Source: Vicugna vicugna | Lineage: Eukaryota | Direction: 5' to 3' | Length of the DNA stretch: 64,000 bases | NCBI GenBank assembly: GCA_013265495.1 | Contig: MU058824.1 | Span: forward strand, 1,701,111-1,765,110 | In this document: positions 13,401-26,800 of the stretch, one piece after another | Numbering within the stretch: position 1 is the stretch's first letter | How the letters are laid out: each line of letters opens with the position of its first letter | Translations under genes and position numbers: made by a program | Notes under the pieces: model-generated | The model's database searches: none | Told to the model about the DNA's origin: nothing | The model's input: only the letters and a program-made list of their open reading frames with translations

Positions 13401-15740
13401 ATTTTGTCCCCTTGACTTAGTTGAATGTATTTGGGCAAATTCCTCGATCTCTGAGCCTCAATTTCTTCATCTGTAAAATAGAGACAATAGCACACACCTC
13501 ATAAAATGGAGATGATAGCACACACCTCATAGAGTTGTTGTGAGAATAAAATAAGGTAATGTATATAAATGGCCAAGTACATAATAAGGGCTTAACATGT
13601 CAGTTCCTCCCTGTCAGTGAAAGATGACAGTTGTGAAGTCTCACAGTTTCTGCCATTGGTTAAATAACCTGGGATCCTCAGGACAACCGTTTTGTTCAAA
13701 GGTCTAGCCCCAAGAGAGGATTTGGGATGATCTTTCGTAAAAAAAAAAAAGTGTCTGTGGAATAAGCCCCGTTTATTAGAGGGAAGCCCAGAAGACTGCC
13801 TTCTTTTGTTGAACTGTGATTTTATTATGTCATGGTAATATGAAGGCTCTCCATGTTTTCTACAACAGTTTTGATTGGGGCATTATACATAACATTATAA
13901 TATAGTTGCTGGAAAAATGACTATGCTCTGAGGCTGCATTATGAGAAGTACAGTGTCTAGAATGAGGGAGGTGAAAGTCCCATATCGTTGGAGGAGTCTA
14001 GAGAAGAGGCAATGTGATCACTGCCTTGAGATAGTTGAAGGGCTCTTTTATTAAACAATTTCAGTTTAATCTGTGGAGGCTTCACTGAATCAATGAACAG
14101 AGGCCTTGGAGTTGGAATTTGACCTTAAGTTAAGGAACAGATATTCTAATTCACATTTACTGCAGTGAGATGCTCTATCATGCAGGCTGGGCTTTTTCAG
14201 GTGTTGAGAGAGTTTTGAAGTGTTACCCCCCTTTCTGGAAGAGGAATGAAGGAAACACTCTTCCAACTCTTAGACTTGACAGTAACTATGCTCCAGTGTG
14301 CAGACGCATTAGGGGCTCTGGCCCACCTTTCTGGGTAGACCCTGGCTTAGCGTCCTAGAGTCTAACTGCAGGGCAGCCAGAACCTCTCCGGCATTCCGGG
14401 CAATCCGTAGGCTTCTCTTTGCACCCTCCTGGTGTCTGTGCTATCTCTGTTCTAAGCCAAGGAACATAAAGAGGTCTGACTTGAATTGTTTCCCAAAATG
14501 TCCTTCTAACATAGGTGATTCCCCAGGAACAAACAGATGGATTGTTTAAGGTTCACATTTTTAAATGTATACAGTTCATCACAGCACACAGAGCGCACAC
14601 TACTGCTCTCTTTTGTTACTTCCGGGTATTTTAATTACTGATAAGAATGTGCACTCTACTTAGAAACTCCATTCTGGACCCAGCTTTGATGGAACATGAC
14701 ATTCCTACAAAGTGAGATTTTCTGGGTTCATTTGTGCTATCGAAAAGCATACCTTTCCTGTTATAAAATCATCATAGTATGAATTAAAGCCAAATAAGGC
14801 TGCATTAAAAGTCTTGACAACTTTCTGTTTAAATGGAAGGCAGGCAGTGTGGCTTTGCAGTGTAAGAGTTGGCAGATCTAGGTTCCAGGCTGATTTTTCT
14901 CCCTGGCTGTGTGACCTTGGAAAAGTGACTTTCCCTCTCTGGTTTTCAGTTTCCTTGTTTCTAAAATGAGGATAATAAAAGTCTGCCCAGACCATCTCAA
15001 AGGGTGAATACGAATGACAATCAAGTAAGATGTGGGTAGAGCATACAAATGTAAGGGACTTTTTTTTTAGGATCTCAATTTATGCTTTGGGTAAAGATTT
15101 AGAAAGAATGTTCAGTTTGCCAAGTGGCATCTTATGTAAGTTACATGCTCACATTAAATTTTCTTAGCCCCTTGCAAAATTGCTCCCCCTGGGTTGTATT
15201 TAAAGGTTATAATCTTGTCTTTTAGTAAAGATCTATACAAAAATAGCCTTATGAAATCTGTTTGTTGTAGGGATGCTGCTAATACCATGCTAGCTAATTT
15301 GACAGTGTCCTCCATATGAGGCATTTTTTAGGGATTAAAGCCTGGAAAACACTTCATGTCCCTGAAGAACTAGTATGTGTTCTCCCTATTGAACGCAAGA
15401 GTTGAGCAATTAATATTGTTGCCCTTTTCTCTTAGGCTGCCGGGAATTTATGGTGAAATATACAGCTTAGTATGTACTGTGTTGGAACCTTTGGTTGACT
15501 TGTCTATGTTCTGTTCCCTTTACCTCTAGTAAACATATTATAATTAACTTTCCCAGGCCCTTATGTTTTAATTTTTTCTTGATGTTTATTATTTTATTAT
15601 ACATGTTTCCTATAAACTACCTTGGCTCCCTTGAGAGATAAAAGAAGAGGAGACCAAGCAAGTAATAGAAGAATTAATGAATCCTCTGGTAAGAGGAAGC
15701 CTGAGTCATCTCCATCTCTCTCAAGGGCACAAAGCTTTGA

Positions 15741-16049
<309 letters not shown>

Positions 16050-18195
16050 TGATGTTGGCAAAAAGCACCTAGACCTTGTTCTTGCCTTTGCTGTGTGACT
16101 TTGAGTAAATCACTTAACCTCTCTGAGCCTTGCTTATCTGTTAAATGAGAATAGCCAGCCCACTACTACATGGCCCTCTGGGGAACTGTGGGAATCAAAT
16201 GAGGTAAGTGTGCTTTGTAAGCACATAACATAGTGTATGTGTCAGGGATGGAGTCGTGACTGTTATAGCACCAACTGCAGACATTGCCTTTCAGAGTAGG
16301 CTGGCGTTTCTCCCATGCCTCGCCGACCTGCAGTCTTTTCTCAGTCTCACTGATGCTCCTGTCAGCCTGGAGGAGAGGACAGACTCCTCAAGTAGACTTG
16401 AGGAGACATGTACTGAGGACCAGAAAGATTGGTCGAAACCCTAGCTTTGCCACTTACCAGCTGCATGATCTTGAGCTTGAGTTCTCTGAGCCGCTGTTTC
16501 TTCACCTGTATAGTGGTGGTGAAAATATCCTCCTCTGGAGTCAAAGGGAGGACTGGTTGGCAGATTGTGCAACGTGGCTGGCATGGCGCCTGGCACCTTG
16601 TGCTGTCATAACTGGGAGGAGGACCTTGACAGGGTGCTTAAGTCCTCAGGCCTCCACATGTTTCCACTTGGGATGACTAACCCCTGGCCTGCTTATCTCT
16701 TTGGGCTGTGAGAGAACGGGTAACGTGGTATATGTAAAAGTGTTTCCAAAGCACACTGTTCTCCATCAGTGTAAGATACCATTATCAAGAATCAGGTGAC
16801 GACAGCCTCGGTGAAGATGGCAACATCCATCTCTCAGTTCTAACCACCAGCCAAAATTCAGCACCACGGTGCACATCATCCTTTCCTGTCTCCTCTGATC
16901 TCAGATTTTTAGATGCTCACCCACCATCAGTTTCATTTAAAGAATAAACTTCATAGTAAAGTAAAAAAATGTATGTTATTATTGTCCATTATTTAGTCTC
17001 AGTTAGAGCCAGTGCTCTAAGAATGATTTATTGATTTGTCCAAAAATGGCAAATCATTAGGACACATTTTATAAGTGGCGCTAGATCAAGCTGGCACCTG
17101 AGAAATCCTGGAAAAACACTCTGGTTAGAAAGTGTTTGGAGAAATATTTTCATACCAAAATCAATGAGTATATGAAGTTTTTGGAGATGCTGAATAATGA
17201 GTAGAAACAGCTCATTTTTATTTCAGTAAGTGTTATTTTTAAAGGCGTTAAAGTTTGCAGTTTATTAGAAGATTCTTGGGTCCAGGGATACCCTATACTT
17301 TAATCTAAAAATAGTATAACATTTGAAGGAAGTACAAAACTAAGAAAAAAATTCCATACAGGTAGACAGTATAATAATTAAAATGAGAGACTTAAGGAAG
17401 ACCAAAGATGTAAATGATTACACATGAGATCTGTGAAGCTGAGTTGGGGTGAGGGCCATGCAACACCCCAAGGGCTTCAATGTCGTTCCAAGGAGCTTGA
17501 ATGTTACCCAGAGTGGGCGAGCCACACCCAGATGTGTAGAAGTACACAGGAGTGCATTTTGGAAATATCACTTTTTTGCAGTTTCTTTTTTTTTTTTTGT
17601 AGTAAGTGTTTTGACTTTGTAACATCTCCCAAGTCACTGACTTTCATTTTTAATTTTAAATTTTTTAATTTGGAGCTGGTGAGGAGACTGACCTCACCCC
17701 CTTATCACTGTGCCCATGAATGGGACACCTTGGGGCTATTCCTGGGGCTGTTCACTTCACCCTACAGTGTGGGCTACCAACTCCTGGGCCTTCCAGGATG
17801 GAGCAATGCCATCAGAGCAGAGCCAGGCAGGCTCCCAGCTTCGGTGGCTTCTAAAATTCCAGGCGACCTAGTCCCTGTCCAAGAGTCTGTGAGGCAAGAG
17901 GCAGCTTTTACATTATCTCGAGGTTGAAAGATGATTGAAATTACATGGGGGAAATCTTCAGCCTTTTTCCTTCTTGGAATCAGAGGGTCTTAGGGCTTTC
18001 CTAGAGATCATGTGGACCAGCCTCCTATCAGACTCTCAGATCCTCCCAGTAGCACAGGACTCACTACTTCTTCCTTAATTTTCCCCACTGGTCCCTCTGG
18101 GCACCACCCCCTCCAGGTCCTGTTGGTGGTCACCACATCCGCGGAGTGATCCCTGTCACTAAAGGGCCCATCCCTATGGTCGTAACTCACAGTTC

Positions 18196-18527
18196 CAGGG
18201 CTGAGACTAAAGGCAGAATTTAAGGGGATGCCAAAGACCTCAATGCAAAAAATCCGTGATGAACAAAATACCAAAATTTTACGTAAAGAGAGGCTCCACA
18301 AGGCCAAGGTTAGAGTGAGCTAACTGATTTGAGTCTCACGATCACATCTTGTCTTTAAAATTTTGATATTTTGTTCATCATGCATTTTTTTGCATTCGTT
18401 TTTTGGTCCCTTTTTTTTTTTTTTTTTTTTTTTATTTTTTAATCTTGATTACTGAGGTTTTTGGCTCCCTCCTCAATTTTGCCCCAGAAGGGAGGGCCTC
18501 ACTCACCTCCCCCTGGTCCCAGCCCTG
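18196..18527. mobile_element. hAT-Tip100 non-autonomous DNA transposon (MER96B-like)
   Basis: Terminal inverted repeats cagggctgagacta / tggtcccagccctg. Internal ~40-bp inverted repeat (18242-18281 / 18357-18397). Degenerate 8-bp TSD cacagttc / cacaggtt. Confidence 0.75.
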
Positions 18528-18937
18528 CACAGGTTTTTTGTCAAGCCCCTTCCCACACTCAGCCCATCCTCTGCACTTGCTCTTGTTGAACGCTCTCTCC
18601 CCAGAGTGTGGGGTCCAGAGTTGATAAGGCATTCCTATTTGTGGTCTGACCACAAGCCAACTTCCCCAACCAACCTGCAAGAATCTATCGCCAAAGGAAG
18701 TTCTAGAAAGTCATGAAATAGTTCTTGCTTTTGATTTTGCGGTATACACGACTGCTGGGGACTGTGGTCAGCATGGCACGGGATGCTGGGTTGATAGTGT
18801 GTGCATTTTGTGGTCCATCAGTGTCCATGAAAACAAGCAAACATTTGTGGAATCAAGTCAATGGATGCTTGCCACTCTCACTGTTTCTATTTGGAAAGCT
18901 AAGAAGCAGAAAGGGGAAGGGACATACCCAGGATCCT

Positions 18938-19392
18938 TGTAGTGGGTTGAATAGTGGCCCCTAAAAAGATATGTCCATGTCCTAACCCTTAGAACTCATG
19001 AATGTGACCTTACTCGGAAAAGCAGATATAATTAATTTAAGGATCTTGAGATGAGATTATCCTGGACTACCTGGGTAAATCCTAAATCCAATGACAAGTG
19101 TCCTTATTAGAGAAGGCAGAGAGAGGCTTGCCACACAGAGGAGGTCATGTGAAGATGGAGGCAGAAATTGGAGTAATGTGTCCACAAGACAAGGAACATC
19201 AAGGATTGCTGGCAGCCGCCAGAAGAAAGGCATGGAATGGATTCTTCCTTGGAGTTTCCAAAGGGAACCAACCCTGCCAACACCTTTGTCTTGGATTTCT
19301 GGTTTCCACAACTATGAGCAAATGAATTTCTGTAGATTTTAAACCACCCAGTTTGTGGAAGTTTATTATGGCAGCCTCTAGAAACTGATACA
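18938..19392 (+). mobile_element. MaLR solo LTR, full length (MLT1C-like), inserted in a MIR
   Basis: TG...CA ends: tgtagtgggttgaatagtggcccc ... ttatggcagcctctagaaactgataca. Confidence 0.9.
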
Positions 19393-20898
19393 GTTACCCA
19401 GCAGGTTGGGGACAGATCCAGGACTGCTAGGTCCCCACTCTCTGCCCCTTTCCCTCTACTGTGCTCTTCCTCTAGATTTGTGACATGCTTAGAAACAGAA
19501 CACATCCAAATCAGCCCTTTCTGTGATGTCTCAGCAGGCCTATTAGTAAGTGACAGAACAGGACAGCATGGGCCTGGTAATCAGGAGATTTAGTGCAAAT
19601 CCTGACATGGCCACCTCAACTAGACACTCACCCTCCCTGGGCCTCAGTTTCCTCAGCTGAAAATGAGAGATTTGGACTACATAGTTCCTGGTATCCTTTC
19701 ACAGTGGAATTCTCTAACTCTGTAAACATCTATTGAATTATTACAGCAGACTGTGTAATGTGGTTACAATGTTAAACCCTGGAACCCCCAGGATAAAAGT
19801 GACTCCTGATAAAGTTGCAGAATTGGGTGGAACAGTGGCCCCTCTTGAAATGCATTCTCCACAGTTCCCTCTTCGATATGCCTGTCTTCAATATCAAGCT
19901 GTCCCCAGCTTGCTCATTGGCACCCAGGAGATTTCTGGTAGGAGGAATAACAAGGTCATTGTCCCTCCCAAGCATGTTCATCAGTCCCTTCCAGTTGGAA
20001 TTTTCAATGACGGGATAAATACAGACCCTCAGGCTTCCTGGAGCACACTCAGAGCTCAGTTTTCTAGAGCCTCACAAAAACAGCCTCTGGGTACTTGCTT
20101 TGGCCCTAACAGTTCTTTCTTCCCATTACGGTTCCCCATCACCACTCTTCTCCCCCACAGTGACTCTGTTGACATTGGTGATTTCCAGTGTCAGCTTTCA
20201 CTCTTCTTTGTCCCTTTGGGTTTGTTTCCACTGTGAGCATTTAGAGTTCTGGTGTAAAATTCCAGTGATGGCTCAGCCTCTCCAATAAGGACATTCTTCC
20301 CTGTTACCATTCCCCTGCTGAGACACAAAGCTGGGCCAAGGCACCAGATGGAGATGTTCACAGAACTCTGGAATCAGTGGGAACCTCAAAGGTGGCCCCA
20401 ATCCTCCATCAAAGGCGCAGGCTCATTCTTTGGAAGAGTTTTGTAATGTTTTCCAGCAAGAAGCTTCTGAGACCACCCACGACTGTTTATTAAACACAGC
20501 AGAATGAGAAGAAACACAAATCTTGGGAGTCCTCAGCTTAGAGCAATGACCCAGAAAAAGCTGCACCCATCTCATTGTCACTGCATTGGAAGCTCCATGG
20601 CAAAGAACTTGGGGCTTTTAGGGCAGCCCTGGGCTCTGGAGAGGAGGAAGGGAAGGTGCCATGGAAAAGTAAAGGAGCTTCCTGGGGAGTCAAGCTTTAC
20701 AATGCTGCTGCCTCTGCCTCCACCTTCCCCACAAAGATCCTGTTCCCTTCAGCTTCTCTAAGTATTCACATCCCTGGGAGACAGGTGATATGGCAAGAGA
20801 ATATGGGCTCAGGAGAAAGAGTGTGGTGGCCTATTGACACTTGCTAGATTTGAATCTTGGACCCACCATTTTCCAGCTGAGTGACTCTGGAAGATAGT

Positions 20899-21385
20899 TG
20901 TCCATACCGACATCCATAAACTTCCTTCCTCCTCGGTAACATAACTCTGGCTTTTATCTGGGTGTGTTGCCACCCAGCTGAAAAATGTACATCTCCCAGC
21001 CTCCCATGTAGCTAGAGACTGCCAGGATTCTAAATCTAGCCAAGAGATGTAAGTAGAAGTATTATATAAGACTTATAAAATGTTCCTTAAGGGGAAGACT
21101 TGCCCTTCTTTTTCCTTCTCCTTTGTTTGACTAGAATATGGATGGGATGGCTGGAATTATAGCAGCCATCTTGGGATCAACAGGTGACCTTGAGAAGGAA
21201 ATTTCATTCTAGGGAGGCAGAGCATAAAGATAGGAGCCTGAGTCCCCAGTTACACTGTAGAGCTACCATAGCAACCCTGCATTGCCTACATATAGACTCT
21301 TTAACATGAGACAGAAACTATCTCATTTAAGTTACTGATAATTTGTCTCTTAGTTATGTGGTTGAACCTAATCAATAGTGATACA
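20899..21385 (+). mobile_element. Old MaLR LTR (MLT1H-K-like), nested in a MIR
   Basis: Motifs tacatctcccagcctcccatgtagctag and gatggctggaattatagcagccatcttg; ends aacctaatcaatagtgataca. Confidence 0.7.
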
Positions 21386-21619
21386 AAGACATAGGGCAAG
21401 TCAGCTGACCTTTCTGAAATTGTTTCTTGTTATACTAGGATGATTATATCTCTTTTACAGATTTAGAAGAATTAGATGAGGTAATATAGAGGAAAATATC
21501 TTGCCAGGTACTGCCAAGCACACAATAGGTACTTGACAAATTGTAATTTTCTTCCTTCATCAGTACAGCAGCCTCAGAGGTGGGAGAAAGGAGTAGTGAG
21601 TCAGTTTTTACACACAAAT

Positions 21620-24470
21620 CTGCTCTCCTTTGTTGTTGGGACTTTACTGAATCTATAGATTGATTTAGGAAAAACTGATAATAATATGGAGTCTTCTAGT
21701 CTGTTCAATTTCTCTCAGAAATGTTTTGTAATTTTCCATGTGGAATTCTTGCACATACTCCATTTGATTTATTTCTAGATATTTAATGTATTTTGGCGAC
21801 TATATGTGCACATTACTCTTGGGTGCATACTTAGGGGTGGAATTTCTGAGTCATAGGGAATGCATATGTTCAGCTTTGGTAGACACTGCCAAACAGATTT
21901 CTAAAGTGGTTGTACCAATTTACACACCCACCAGCAGTGATTGAGAGTTCCAGTTGGTTCACATGCTCACCGACATTTGGCATTGTTAGCTTTTTAATTT
22001 TAGCCATTCTAGTGGGTGTGTAGTGGTGTCCCATTTTTGTTTTAATTTACATTTCCTTGATGCCTAATAAAGTTGTGAATCTTTCATACCGTTATTACCC
22101 ATTTTGATATCCTCTTTTATAAATTGCCTATTCAAGTCTTTTGCCCATTTTCCACTTGAATTCTCTGCCTGTTTCTTATTGATTTGTGGAAGTTCTTTTT
22201 GTATTCTGGATATGAATTCTTAGACAGTTACATGTATTACTTATGTTTTTTATGTCCTGTTTAAGCATCTTTGCCCACCCATGCTCATAAAGATATTTTT
22301 CTAGCTTGTCTTTTAGAAACTTGTTTTACCTTTCACATTTAGGTATAGAATTCATGTGAAATTGATTTTATATGAGGTCTGAGGTAAGATCAAGATTAAT
22401 ATTTTCATATGGATAAACAATGATTCAGAATCATTTACTGAGAATCCTCTCTATCCTCCTGCTGTAAATTAAATGAGTTTATGTAGTGTGTAGATCTGTT
22501 TCTTAACTTTCTGTTCTCTTCCATTGGTCTATTAGCCTATCCTTTAACCAATACCACAGTGTCTTAATAATTGAAGTTTTAGAATAAGTTCTGATGCCTG
22601 GTAGTGTTAGCCCATATCTTTGTTCTTCTTCTGTAAGACTTCCTTGGGTGTCCTTGGCCCTGATGTCATGTTTCATTTAGATCTACTCACATATTTACAC
22701 TTTCCATTACTCTTCATTCCTTCATTTCTGTTCTGTTTGTGATTATTTTCTTTCTGCCTGAGGAACCCCCGTTGATCTTTCTTTTATAATGGGTTTGCTG
22801 GAGACAAATTCTCGCAATTTCTGATTGTGTGAAGTTTACTTTCTTTCACCTTAATACTGAGAGGTATATTAACTAAGTGTAGAATGCTAGATGGTCTGTT
22901 ATTTTAGCACTGTAAGATGTCATTTCATTGTCTTCTGGCATCCATTGTTTCTATTAAGTCAGCCTTATTGTCGGTCTTTTGAAGGCAATGCACCCTTTTC
23001 TTTTCTCTAGCTGCTTTGAAGATTTTTGTCTTTGCTTGAGTGTTCAGCAGTTTTACTCTGCTGTGCTAAAGTGAGATTTTCTTTGGGTTTATCTTGATTG
23101 GAGTTTACAGAGCTTTACAGAACTTCATGAATCAGTGGGTTGATGTGTATTTGAGGAAATTCTAGGATGATATCCCTCAAATATTGCTTCTATCTGTTCT
23201 CTCTTTCCTCACATTTCAGGGCACCAATTATACATGTGCATTTTCAACACATTCCATATATCTCTTTTGTTCATTTCTTATTTTCTATTCTTTTTTCCTC
23301 CCTATGCCTCAGTCTGAATATTACTAGCCTTTCTTCCAGTTCACTAACCTTTCTTCTGTGTCTAATATGCTGCCTCATCCATCTATTGAGTTCTTCATTT
23401 CATTTGTTGTCTTTCTTATGTTTAGAATTTTCATTTTACTCTTTTTTTTTCTTTCATAGTTTCCAGTTCTCTGGTGGCATTCTGTATCTTTTATCTGTTT
23501 TCTTGGACATATAAACCTGCTACGTTAAAGTCCATGTCTAATAACAAGAAGATTTGGATCATCTGTGGGTCTGCTTCTATTGCCTGTCTTCCTTCCTTCC
23601 TTCCTCCCTGCCTCCCCTCTGTCCCTACTTCTTTCTTTCTTTCCTTTACTTTCTTTTTAAAAAATTTTGTCCTATCACCTGGTATATCTAGAAAACTTGA
23701 CTAATTGAATTGGATATGAAAAATTAAAGGGGCTACAGATGATGTTGTCTTTCTCCAGAGAAGATTTATTTCTCTTCAAGCAAGCAGTTAGCATAGGAGC
23801 AGAGCACGTTATACAATCAAGAATTGAGATGATTCCAGGCCTGGTTTTAGTTTTCGTAAGGCCTGATCTCATTTGGTTTGCCCTTAATCCTGTTTGTGGT
23901 TCAGTGTTCTAAACTGAAACCCAGGGGTGTTTACTGGCCCTGGATTCCAGTTTTTGTCTTCCTGATATCTTGAGACTCTTAACACATCTGCTTGTTATCT
24001 TAGCCCCTTAGCCACCATTTGGGGGGGGGGGCTTCTCAGTCTCTTGCTTTATGTAGCTTAGTTATCACCAAATATTTCAAATGTGAATGTCAGTCTGCAT
24101 TCTGGTATTCTGTGGTTCCTTTTCCTCTGAGACCTTGGCCCTACAAGCCTTGCCACCCTGATAACCCTGAACTACAGTGTTTTTAATTCCAGTCTCTGAG
24201 AGTCTGCTGAAAACTCTTATCCAGTGTTTTCTGTTCCTTTAGCTAGCATTCCTACTTACAAATCAGCAAATGCCTCATGAGGAAGCAGCAAAGAATGCTG
24301 GACTCTTCTCAGAACATTTCTTTTCTCTCCAGGATATTGGTTCCTCAAGTCCTAGATACCCTGGTTTCTAGATATCCAGCTTTTTAAAATTTTATTCTGC
24401 TTTCCTGAATGCTCTTCATGAGAGCTTTAGTCTGATGTAACCTATTTTGTCATAGTCAGAGTAGAAGTCT
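21620..24470 (-). mobile_element. Composite antisense LINE-1 (L1M) fragments
   Basis: T-rich sequence with ctaaagtggttgtaccaatttacacacccaccagcag, ttttagccattctagtgggtgtgtagtggtg and tttcattgtcttctggcatccattgtttct. Confidence 0.85.
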
Positions 24471-25139
24471 CAATTGAGACTGTTTTGCTTAAAAGGTGAA
24501 GAGTGGCAAGTTGGGGACAGGGTAAGCATGTCACTAACTTCAGCCCTTTGAGGCACCGCTGTGGATTACAGGGAGCAGACATGTTTTTTGCGACTCCACA
24601 GGAAGACGTAGCACGTTACAGGGAGATGGATGTAAACTCTGTATCTGGAAGACTAGTCTCATAGACACCAGGCATTCCTTAAGTGGAAAGCTCTGCCTTC
24701 TGCCAACACTGGGGGAATCTCAGAAAGGGCTCAACAAACACCTGGAAGTTGCTAATGAGAAACGAGGTCCTATAATCAGATTGTAAGAGGGGCTTAATCA
24801 ATGGTAACCAATCTGTGTATTTTTAAAAAATGCAGATGTTATCTCACAGACATACTGAACAAAATGTAGGGCCCTGGCATTTTTAACAAGCTCCCCAGGT
24901 GACCTACAAACTGGAGTATAGGAATCAGATTATCCCCTAGTGTACCTTCCAAATGAGGCTGTGTTTCTAGCATCCCACAAGGGATGCTAGAGAGAAACTC
25001 TGCCAGTTTTGCTGCCCTTGGGGGATGTCAGTTGAAGATGTGGAAGGGGTTGTCTCCTCCTCCTCCTCTCTTCTGTCCATGAGACTCCCATCTCCCAGAA
25101 AGCAGGACTCAGCTCAGTACTGTGGGAATGACAGACCCA

Positions 25140-25305
25140 TAAAGTTTAGTCACACTGTGCGGTAGCAAGCTTGTGTGGGCTAGCCTGGGAACGGCACCAC
25201 TATTTATAACATAGTTTCTGTGGGAAAATATGTTCTAGGTTCCAACAACTAACTGCCTTTCAGAAATATGTGGAGCACAACCTGTCAGTAATTGGGACTC
25301 TCTAT
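25140..25305. mobile_element. Tigger-derived MER (MER82-like) fragment
   Basis: gggaaaatatgttctaggttccaacaact...gcacaacctgtcagtaattgggact resembles the MER82 terminus. Confidence 0.5.
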
Positions 25306-26379
25306 ATAAAGTTATGTTCTCAGAAACTTTTAGCATCTCATGATAAACCTGAGTAATCAATCAGCTTTCAGTGTCAGCTTTACAATGGAAGAAATTCTTC
25401 TGCCCTGCATAATTGGAGACCTGCTTTAAGAACAACTATTACTTTTTCTCAGACGATTGTGAGAGTGTTTCTTCCTGCTGTCATTGTTTTGCCTGAGGGA
25501 GATTGGAGCCGGCTTCACCTGGAAACAGTGATGAATGGTCTGGGCTATAGTGTGTTAGCAATGACTTCGACTCCATGCTTGCAAAGACAGTGAGCATGAG
25601 GTCACCTTTCAGAGCTAAGCTACACCGGTGTCCCACTCCAAGGACTCTACCCATAGAAGAGAAGTAAACAGCCACATTGCCAGTGTTCTGCACTCTCCTT
25701 TCCCTTGGATGAAGAACAGTTCTGTGAAATAGAAAAGATAGGGATTTAAGGTGGTACATATAAAAAAGTATATAGGGGCTTATGTTGGCTTCAATGTCAA
25801 ACTGAATAAACAGCCTGATCTTGATCCCACTACTGTCCACACAAAAAAAATACTGCCAATAAACTATATCGAAGAAGTTTAAAAATCACACTCATTGATC
25901 TCCTGGTGAGACCATACTGTGTCTGTTTGCTCAGGTCTGAACCCCCCACCCTACTTTAAGAGGGTCACAGAATCCTTGAAGGATGCCCCCAGTGGCTTGT
26001 CCCGGATGGGAAAGAGGTCTGGAGACGTCATCTGAATGTAATCATTAGGTTGAACAAGCAGGACTCAAAGAGATACCACCAGCCCTCAGATGCCTTTGCG
26101 TGCATCAGAGAAAGCCTCATGGCAGCAAGATCCAGGAAAGAGGTCAAAGGGGCCTCCTTCCTTTTATGCTTAAGCAATTAATTAGAGAAATATAGCCAAT
26201 AGCTGAATTAATAAGATGAAATTGCCCCCAGTTGCATTTTAAAATCAAGAAAAATATAGCCAAATAGTGAAAGATGGAAAAATAACATGGATGCTTTGAA
26301 ATAAAACATTGAAAATTGTGACTCTTACCATAGCAATCTGATATAAAGAGGAAGCACACCTCGGAAGTGAAAGTTGCCC

Positions 26380-26800
26380 ATCAGTATTTGAAAGGAGCTC
26401 CTTCTTAATCATTAATCAGAGAAATGCAAATTAAAATGAGAGGAGATAACACTTTTTTTTCTTAACCTAAGAAACTGACAATGATCTTAAAAATTGAGAT
26501 ACCTATTGTGCGCCAGGATGCAGGGAAATGGGTACTTTCATACACAATGGGATTTTAGCTTTTCATATTTGGGGAGAATAATTTGCCCCTATATATGTGT
26601 GAATAGCATTTAAGTTTCTTATACCTTCAGCAATTCCTCAGAAATTTCACATCTGGGAATTTCTTCTGAAAACATACTTATCAGTGTGTGTTCAGAAAAT
26701 TTAGATACAGGGGTGCTTTTTTGCAGGGGTGTAATTGGGAAAAATTAGGAACAGCCTAAATGTCCAATAATTGGAAATTAGCTGAGGAAGTAAAGGTAGG
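26380..26800 (+). mobile_element. LINE-1 (L1ME-like) ORF2 3' fragment
   Basis: Motifs taatcagagaaatgcaaattaaaat, gggaaatgggtactttcatacac and aacagcctaaatgtccaataattgga. Confidence 0.75.

Noticed and set aside
18242..18397. ~40-bp inverted repeat resembling a pre-miRNA hairpin
   Set aside because: Explained as the internal palindrome of a MER96B-like hAT element with its own TIRs.
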